Source of the DNA: Promethearchaeota archaeon
Lineage (GTDB): Archaea > Asgardarchaeota > Hermodarchaeia > Hermodarchaeales > Hermodarchaeaceae
Length of the DNA stretch: 64,000 nt
Direction: 5' to 3'
NCBI GenBank assembly: GCA_048939625.1
Contig: JBHLPH010000003.1
Span: 64,001-128,000 of the forward strand
Part shown: in pieces, positions 57,569-64,000 of the stretch
Position numbering within the stretch: position 1 is the first letter of the stretch
How the letters are laid out: each line of letters begins with the position of its first letter
Position numbers and translations under genes: made by a program
Notes under the pieces: model-generated
The model's database searches: none
Seen by the model: only the letters and a program-made list of their open reading frames with translations
What the model was told of the DNA's origin: nothing

Positions 57569-59236
57569 TTACATCATTCCAGGCATACCGCCCATACCAG
57601 GAGGCATGCCACCCATTCCTGGAGGCATTCCGCCAGCACCAGCGGGTGGACCGGCGCTTCGTTTGGAAGCGATAACATCATCAATTCTGAGAATTAGTGA
57701 TGCGGCTTCTGTGGCAGAGCGGATTGCATGGGTCTTTACGCGAAGCGGCTCAAGGACGCCTGCTTTCAGCATGTCTTTGGCTTTGCCTGTCAAGATGTCG
57801 ACGCCTATGGTGTTCTTCTTACTTCCGTGTTCAGCGCGGAGTGCAACAATTACATCGATGGGATCGTGCCCAGCGTTTTCTGCAAGAGTTTTGGGAATGA
57901 TTTCCATGGCATCAGCAAATTTGTTTACTGCAATTTGCTCACGACCCTTGAGTGTTGAAGCGTATTCGCGAAGGTGGGATGCCACTTCGACTTCTGGGGC
58001 ACCGCCTCCTGGGACGATTTTGCCATCTTCAACTGCATCTCGAACAACTGAGACGGCATCATGGAAGGCTCGTTCAGCTTCATCAACAACACGTTCAGTG
58101 CCGCCACGAATGAGTACACTTACTGTTTTAGGATCTTTACAGCCTTCGACGAAGACCATCTTGTCATCGCCTACTTTTCGTTCTTCTACAGTATCACATT
58201 TGCCAAGATCCTTAGCTGTAAGGTGGTCGATTGTGGATACGACTTGTCCTCCTGTGGCGCGAGCCAGAGATTCCATATCACTCTTTTTCACTCGGCGTAC
58301 AGCAATAATGCCATCCTTTGCGAGATAGTGTTGCACTTTGTCATCAATTCCCTTTTGGGCAAAGACGACGTTTGCACCAACTTCTTTCACCTTTTCGGAG
58401 ATGCTTTTTAGCATTCGTTGTTCTTCATCAAGGAAGGATTGCATTTGTTCAGGATTGGTAATTCGAATTTCTGCATCCATCTCTGTTTTCTCGACTTCCA
58501 TCGAAGCATTGAGAAGAGCAATTTTTGCACCATTGATACTACGAGGCATTTCAGAATGCACAATTTCTTTGTCAATGATTACTCCGCGAACTAATTGAGT
58601 CTCACGGATGGAGCCGCCTTCCTTCTTCTCAACTTTTATATGGTCGATATCGGCGACGATTCCATCAGGAGTGACCTCTGTGATCTGGATTACGGAGTCA
58701 ACCGCTATGGGAGAGAGAAAATCTTTGGCTTCAGCAATGAGTTTACTTGCCATTGAAGTATTACTGACCTTCAGAAGTTTATCACGAGCTTCAACGGGGC
58801 AATCGATGGCCATGTTGTTTAGAATTTCACTTGCCTTGTCTACGGCTTTTCGATATCCGGAGATGATGACGGTTGGATGGACGCCTGATGTGATGAGACC
58901 CAGTGCTTGCTTGAGATATTCACCGCACAGGACTACTGCCGATGTGGTGCCATCACCTGTTTCAGAGTCTTGGGCTTTGGCTACCTGAACAAGCATTTTG
59001 GCAGCAGGATGCTGAACTTCAATCTCATCAAGGATAGTAGCACCATCATTTGTGATGGTGACATCGCCCAGGCTATCCACGAGCATTTTATCTTGACCAC
59101 GCGGACCCAAAGAGGTGCGAACTGCATCAGCTAGTGCTCGCACAGCCATGATGTTGTTTTCACGAGCATCACGACCTCGGGCGCGTTCAGTTCCTTCTTT
59201 AAGTATTAATACCGGCACGCCTTGCATTTGTGCCAT
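57569..59236 (-). CDS. Thermosome (group II chaperonin) subunit
   Basis: SLGPRG.DKM, ITNDGATIL, GDGTT, GGGAPE, GGM-repeat tail. Confidence 0.97.
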   Translation of the reverse strand: MAQMQGVPVLILKEGTERARGRDARENNIMAVRALADAVRTSLGPRGQDKMLVDSLGDVTITNDGATILDEIEVQHPAAKMLVQVAKAQDSETGDGTTSAVVLCGEYLKQALGLITSGVHPTVIISGYRKAVDKASEILNNMAIDCPVEARDKLLKVSNTSMASKLIAEAKDFLSPIAVDSVIQITEVTPDGIVADIDHIKVEKKEGGSIRETQLVRGVIIDKEIVHSEMPRSINGAKIALLNASMEVEKTEMDAEIRITNPEQMQSFLDEEQRMLKSISEKVKEVGANVVFAQKGIDDKVQHYLAKDGIIAVRRVKKSDMESLARATGGQVVSTIDHLTAKDLGKCDTVEERKVGDDKMVFVEGCKDPKTVSVLIRGGTERVVDEAERAFHDAVSVVRDAVEDGKIVPGGGAPEVEVASHLREYASTLKGREQIAVNKFADAMEIIPKTLAENAGHDPIDVIVALRAEHGSKKNTIGVDILTGKAKDMLKAGVLEPLRVKTHAIRSATEAASLILRIDDVIASKRSAGPPAGAGGMPPGMGGMPPGMGGMPGMM

Positions 59237-59354
59237 GTTAGTTTTCCTCCTGAGTAATTATTGGTTTTTCAAGTAGGATGAACTGCTCCGGCAATCCTTG
59301 CACTGACATAAAAAGCTTACGCCATTTCTGGTTCGAGTTTATAATGAATCTATT

Positions 59355-59981
59355 CTACATTTCGGTGAGTGGAGTATAATCCCAGGCGGTAAATATCGTC
59401 TTTAGCAGCTTGACTATTCCCCGAGAGAGAAAGATGGTCTCCATAAGAAATGCCATAAAGAGAATCTCAATCCAAGCTTTCCCAACTATTCCCATTGCAA
59501 TAATTAGGACGAATTCCGCGGGTATAGGAGTTAGGAAGGGAACGACAAAAACGAAAAGCCAAATTGTAAAGATGCACTCTGGTACATATCCAAGGATCAC
59601 AGACAGAAATGGACGTTTCAGAGTCCTTTGTGCGATTCCGCTGGTGAATCCAGTCATGGCTTTTCCCGCGGGTAGACCGATAAGCCCGACTATTCCTAGC
59701 TGACCCCATATGTAACCAAACGCAATTCCAGGATAGATTCCTACTATAGCGCCAGTTATGGCGCCAAGGATAGCGCCACCTGGAATGGCCACCATAAAAG
59801 TTCCAAGATGGCTCAAATCCAGTGAAATCTGAGTAGCACCCAGTTGAACAGTGTTTATTGTTAAAATTGAGACTGCGGTGCCGAGGGCAGCCATGATAGC
59901 AACATAAACGATAATTTTTGTACTATACAATTGCGATTTTGCGTTAATTGCCACCGTGATGCCTCCATGGAGTAGGCGCAT
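59355..59981 (-). CDS. ECF transporter S component-like membrane protein
   Basis: VAIMAALGT, LDLSHL, about 6 TM. Confidence 0.65.
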   Translation of the reverse strand: MRLLHGGITVAINAKSQLYSTKIIVYVAIMAALGTAVSILTINTVQLGATQISLDLSHLGTFMVAIPGGAILGAITGAIVGIYPGIAFGYIWGQLGIVGLIGLPAGKAMTGFTSGIAQRTLKRPFLSVILGYVPECIFTIWLFVFVVPFLTPIPAEFVLIIAMGIVGKAWIEILFMAFLMETIFLSRGIVKLLKTIFTAWDYTPLTEM

Positions 59982-60093
59982 TGAAATGTCCAGATATATA
60001 AGAGTAGCTACTCGTTTTTGAGTAGAACCGTACCTTGGTTGTGGAGAAAGCTATTTCTGATTCGGGTTTACGAACAGTGGTGAGGTTGATTCA

Positions 60094-61500
60094 GTGTCCA
60101 ACTTTCGTCATTCATTCCTCCCCACCGTTGGCAAGCAAGAGGCAGAAATGCTTGCAACTCTGGGGATAAAGCACATCCATGAGTTATTCGAGGATATTCC
60201 ATCAAAGTTTCAATTGAAAGAACGGTTGAAAATTCCTGATTGCTTATCTGAAAGTGAAGTCAGCATCAAGATCTCTGAAGCACTTTCGCAGAACTGGAAT
60301 CCAGAGCATGGCATCACTTTTTTGGGAGGCGGGGTTTGGCCCCATCTTATTCCTGAAGCGGTTAAAGCAGTAGTGAATCGTACAGAGTTTCTAACGGCAT
60401 ACACACCTTATCAGGCTGAAATTAGCCAAGGTATGTTACAGGCCCTTTTTGAGTATCAGAGTCTGATGGCTGAGCTTGTAGATCTTCCGATTGTTAATGC
60501 ATCGATGTATGACTGGGCGAGTGCTTTAGGAGAAGCAGCGCTATTAGCGAGTCGGGTTACCAATCGAAATCGATTTCTTATTCCCCAACTTGTGTCACCT
60601 AATCGCCAAGCCGTTTTACAGACCTATGCTAAGCCTGCAAATATACAGATTGAGAGTATCAGTTATGATCAGCGGACAGGGCAACTAAATCTTGAGCAGT
60701 TGAAAGAGTTGCTTAAAACTAACACCGCCGGTGTGTATTTTGAAAATCCTGGATATCACGGCGTTTTACAGGATGATGTTGACGCAATAGCTGATATTGT
60801 GCATGATGCTGGAGCCCTGCTGGTGGTTGGTGTCGATCCGATCTCGCTGGGAGTGATTCGACCCCCTGGCAATTATGATGCAGACCTTGTTATTGGAGAA
60901 GGACAGCCTCTGGGAAGCTCCATGAATATGGGTGGTCCGTTATTAGGGATTTTTGCTAGCAAAGATGAACGGAAGATTTTACGTCAGCTTCCAGGTCGCA
61001 TTATTGGTCTAACGACGACTCAGAGCGGGAGCGAAAGGGGGTTTGTTATGACTATTCAAGCACGTGAACAGCATATTCGAAGAGAAAAGGCTACCTCGAA
61101 CATTTGTTCTAACCAGGCGCATTCTGCAATTACAGCAGCAGTCTATCTTTCATTACTAGGACCGCAAGGCATGGTTGAACTTGGAAAGAAAATCCTACAA
61201 CTAGGCAAATATGCTACCAAACAACTTAACGCAGTTGAAGGAATTAAAGCCCCCTATTTTGAGTCCCCACATTTCAAAGAATTTATCGTATCAATTGAAA
61301 TCAGTTCCGGAAATCAAACTGGCGGGATTCGAGCTGTTTTGGAACGCATTCACCAGTGTGGCATACTCGCAGGTGTCCCTCTAGATCAGAGCTTTCCTGA
61401 CCTTGGACAATCGGCACTTGTGTGTGTTACCGAAACGCATAGTCAGGAAGCTATAGACCAACTGGCACTTGCATTTCAACAAGTAATGGAGGGTGAATAA
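60094..61500 (+). CDS. gcvPA: Glycine dehydrogenase (decarboxylating) subunit 1
   Basis: TAYTPYQAEISQG, NASMYD, REQHIRREKATSNICSNQ. Confidence 0.96.
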   Translation: MSNFRHSFLPTVGKQEAEMLATLGIKHIHELFEDIPSKFQLKERLKIPDCLSESEVSIKISEALSQNWNPEHGITFLGGGVWPHLIPEAVKAVVNRTEFLTAYTPYQAEISQGMLQALFEYQSLMAELVDLPIVNASMYDWASALGEAALLASRVTNRNRFLIPQLVSPNRQAVLQTYAKPANIQIESISYDQRTGQLNLEQLKELLKTNTAGVYFENPGYHGVLQDDVDAIADIVHDAGALLVVGVDPISLGVIRPPGNYDADLVIGEGQPLGSSMNMGGPLLGIFASKDERKILRQLPGRIIGLTTTQSGSERGFVMTIQAREQHIRREKATSNICSNQAHSAITAAVYLSLLGPQGMVELGKKILQLGKYATKQLNAVEGIKAPYFESPHFKEFIVSIEISSGNQTGGIRAVLERIHQCGILAGVPLDQSFPDLGQSALVCVTETHSQEAIDQLALAFQQVMEGE

Positions 61501-63020
61501 TGAAGTTTCATCAAGCAAAATGGGATGAACCACTCATCTTCGATCGAACTCGATCGGGAACAATTGGTTATTCGCTTCCTCAACACAGTAAAGCAATCAA
61601 AAATACGCTTCCTAATCCCACCTCATCCATTCCCGAAGCCCTTCGTCGTAAAGATCCTCCAGCCTTACCTGAATTATCAGAGCCTGAAGTTGTCCAGCAT
61701 TTTGTTCGACTATCACAAATGAACTATTGCGTTGACTTGGGTCTTTACCCGCTTGGCAGTTGTACAATGAAGTATAACCCAGCATTGAATGAAGCGATTA
61801 TCAAAAACCCTTCCTTTTCGCAATCCCATCCGAGTCAAGATTGTTCTACGCTGCAAGGCATTCTTCGTATTTTATTTGAATTACAACAATGGCTTTCTGA
61901 GATTACGGGGATGGATCAACATTCCTTACAGCCTTCAGCAGGAGCCCAAGGAGAATTGGCAGGGGTTCTAATTATTCGCGCCTATCATGAGGATCACGGC
62001 GAACTTCAAACTCGACGCCAAATTCTTATTCCTGATTCAGCCCATGGGACAAATCCTGCAAGTGCGGCAATGGCTGGTTTTGACGTTGTCGTTGTTCCTT
62101 CAAACAAACAGGGACAGGTTGATATTCAGGCCTTGAAAAGCGCAGTCTCGGAGCAAACGGCGGGGTTGATGTTAACAAACCCCAACACACTTGGATTATT
62201 TGAGCAGAAGATTGAAACAATTGCCGCGGTTATCCACAAAGCGGGTGGATTACTGTATTATGATGGTGCTAACCTGAACGCAAACCTTGGACGAGTTCGC
62301 CCAGGTGATATGGGATTTGATATCATCCACACCAACCTACACAAGACTTTTGCCACGCCTCATGGAGGAGGTGGTCCTGGTGCGGGACCGGTTGGGGTCA
62401 AACAACATCTTGCACAATATCTTCCCGTGCCCGTCATCTCTTTTGATGGCAAGCAGTATTATTCAGACATTGACCGACCGAAATCAATTGGTCGTCTACA
62501 TGGATTCTACGGGAACATCGCGGTTTTGCTAAAAGCCTATGCATATATCATGAGAATGGGTTGGCAGGGGCTACATGCTGTTTCAGAATATGCAGTATTG
62601 AATGCAAATTACCTAATGAAACGCATTGAGGGCACCAAAGGTTACAGCATTCCCTTCGCCCCGGGTGTATGGCGAAAACATGAGGTTGTTATAAGTGCAA
62701 AACCGCTTGAACGTGATACAGGTGTCAACGCACGAGATGTTGCCAAAGCACTCCTCGACCGAGGCTTACATGCTCCAACCTTTTATTTTCCAGCAATAGT
62801 TGAGGAAGCTCTAATGATTGAGCCTACAGAGACCTTTAGTAAAGCAGAGTTGGATCGTTTTGTTGACGCATTGCAGGAAATTGCTCAACTAGCTTATTCT
62901 GATCCTTCGCGTATTACTGAGGCTCCGAAGAATACGACTATTGAACGTTTGGATGAGGTTAAAGCCGCTCATCCACGCACAATGACTTTATCGTGGAAGA
63001 TGCTGCGACAGCATGATTAA
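61500..63020 (+). CDS. gcvPB: Glycine dehydrogenase (decarboxylating) subunit 2
   Basis: PLGSCTMKYNP, SAHGTNPASA, NLHKTF.TPHGGGGPG, MIEPTE. Confidence 0.96.
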   Translation: MKFHQAKWDEPLIFDRTRSGTIGYSLPQHSKAIKNTLPNPTSSIPEALRRKDPPALPELSEPEVVQHFVRLSQMNYCVDLGLYPLGSCTMKYNPALNEAIIKNPSFSQSHPSQDCSTLQGILRILFELQQWLSEITGMDQHSLQPSAGAQGELAGVLIIRAYHEDHGELQTRRQILIPDSAHGTNPASAAMAGFDVVVVPSNKQGQVDIQALKSAVSEQTAGLMLTNPNTLGLFEQKIETIAAVIHKAGGLLYYDGANLNANLGRVRPGDMGFDIIHTNLHKTFATPHGGGGPGAGPVGVKQHLAQYLPVPVISFDGKQYYSDIDRPKSIGRLHGFYGNIAVLLKAYAYIMRMGWQGLHAVSEYAVLNANYLMKRIEGTKGYSIPFAPGVWRKHEVVISAKPLERDTGVNARDVAKALLDRGLHAPTFYFPAIVEEALMIEPTETFSKAELDRFVDALQEIAQLAYSDPSRITEAPKNTTIERLDEVKAAHPRTMTLSWKMLRQHD

Positions 63021-63146
63021 CTAAACAGATCTGGATTTTTATTCGGCAAAGGCGTTTTCAATGAATGCTGCAGATTAGCTGAATAAACAACGGCTTAAAA
63101 GTTCACGGTCAGTTCCGATACATGAATTCTTTTAGAATCTGTTTGG

Positions 63147-63698
63147 TCATGCTTTGGGGAGTATACGCTTTCTACGGGGAATGATGAAGGGTACTGCTTC
63201 TCGGTACATACCATACGTATCGCCAAAGCGTCGTAGCAGCTCAAATTCCTCATAACCCAGCAAGGCGAGTTGAAGGGATGTAAAGAGAACGGCAATGATA
63301 AGAAAGGGGACTAAGTCAAACATCAACGCTAATGCTGGGTTCATAAGAATTAAGCCCAATGTCTGGGGATGACGGCAATAAGAATATGCTCCCACGGTCA
63401 CAAGAGTTGAAGTACGCCGACTGAGCCCTATCTCACCACCTTGTGTCCGATCCCGACCCAGAGATGTCACCCCCCATACGATGAACATAATCGCAAGTAG
63501 GAGCAGAATCGTTCCCACTAATAGCTCGAGAAATCTCCATGGGTTCAATAGACTAGCCCCAGGAAGCAATTGCCATGGAATCTGTGGGAGATACGCTGTC
63601 AATAGAATAGCGATAATGACTATCACTAAGTAGAGGATATTTGGTAAAATGATAATTCTTGCTTGTCCCTTTGATATATGCCGAATTGATTCAGCCAT
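63147..63698 (-). CDS. Isoprenylcysteine carboxylmethyltransferase/PEMT family membrane protein
   Basis: LVTVGAYSYCRHP, EEFELLRRFG..Y..Y...VP. Confidence 0.8.
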   Translation of the reverse strand: MAESIRHISKGQARIIILPNILYLVIVIIAILLTAYLPQIPWQLLPGASLLNPWRFLELLVGTILLLLAIMFIVWGVTSLGRDRTQGGEIGLSRRTSTLVTVGAYSYCRHPQTLGLILMNPALALMFDLVPFLIIAVLFTSLQLALLGYEEFELLRRFGDTYGMYREAVPFIIPRRKRILPKA

Positions 63699-63857
63699 GC
63701 AGGGTCCTCCGATATATTTGTCTTAGGTATCTAGACACCTTACTTATCAGTGATATCTGCAACGAGTAAATTAATCCCTACAATAAATATACCTTCAGTC
63801 GATTATTCACGAATGATCAGCTCTCAAAGTATCCAAACCCTGTCGAGGAATCTCCCT

Positions 63858-64000
63858 ATGGACAACCGTTCTAAAGCTGCAGAACTAATCCGAACCGCAA
63901 AACACCTGGTCGCCCTTACAGGCGCTGGTATTTCCAAGGAATCCAATGTCCCTACCTTCCGAGGTAAAGATGGTCTCTGGAAACGCTATAATGTCATGAA
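63858..64000 (+). CDS. cobB: Sir2/CobB NAD-dependent deacylase, N-terminal part (3' truncated)
   Basis: MDNRSKAAELIRTAKHLVALTGAGISKESNVPTFRGKDGLW. Confidence 0.9.
   Translation, partial: MDNRSKAAELIRTAKHLVALTGAGISKESNVPTFRGKDGLWKRYNVM

Noticed and set aside
57569-57645. Tandem repeats at the thermosome 3' end
   Set aside because: They encode the ordinary GGM-rich chaperonin tail.
57606-58328. 240-aa plus-strand ORF and other long antisense ORFs
   Set aside because: In-register antisense shadows of well-conserved genes; Ser/Thr-rich with no motifs.
1-64000. CRISPR arrays, transposases, integrases, rRNA genes
   Set aside because: No spaced direct-repeat arrays or recognisable mobile-element or rRNA sequence were seen by eye.

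Overview
Gene-dense archaeal chromosome segment, most likely from an Asgard archaeon. This is inferred from archaeal core genes (top6A/B, TFB, Rpo12, thermosome, GGGP synthase, AMP phosphorylase) together with a Rab-like GTPase, longin-like, roadblock and Get3-type genes. About 55 CDSs; no CRISPR array or mobile element was seen. All family calls come from motif recognition by eye, not from database searches. Main observations: (1) A tRNA-His(GUG) gene at 11063-11217 is split into four exons by three bulge-helix-bulge introns (8/9, 15/16, 37/38). It has an A73 discriminator, no encoded G-1, and lies just upstream of hisS. (2) A ~13.5 kb cluster (30135-43602) looks like an archaeal variant of the anaerobic purine-degradation (ygeW/ssnA/ygfK-type) system, with two AOR-family pterin oxidoreductases plus polyferredoxins and no xanthine dehydrogenase. 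It also has a DPD/DHODH-like flavoenzyme lacking the catalytic Cys, two amidohydrolases, two YgeW-like carbamoyltransferases and two ubiquitin-like proteins whose GG motif is masked by C-terminal extensions. (3) A box C/D sRNA at 26441-26512 (-) is predicted to guide Cm1402 in 16S rRNA. (4) A Get3 locus has a 35-aa single-TM microprotein and a 3-TM neighbour. (5) Several apparent pseudoenzymes and fusions: transglutaminase Cys->Gly in a MoxR operon, a HAD/polyprenol-kinase fusion, a degenerate alkaline-phosphatase fold, and Rpo12 with a nested zinc ribbon.
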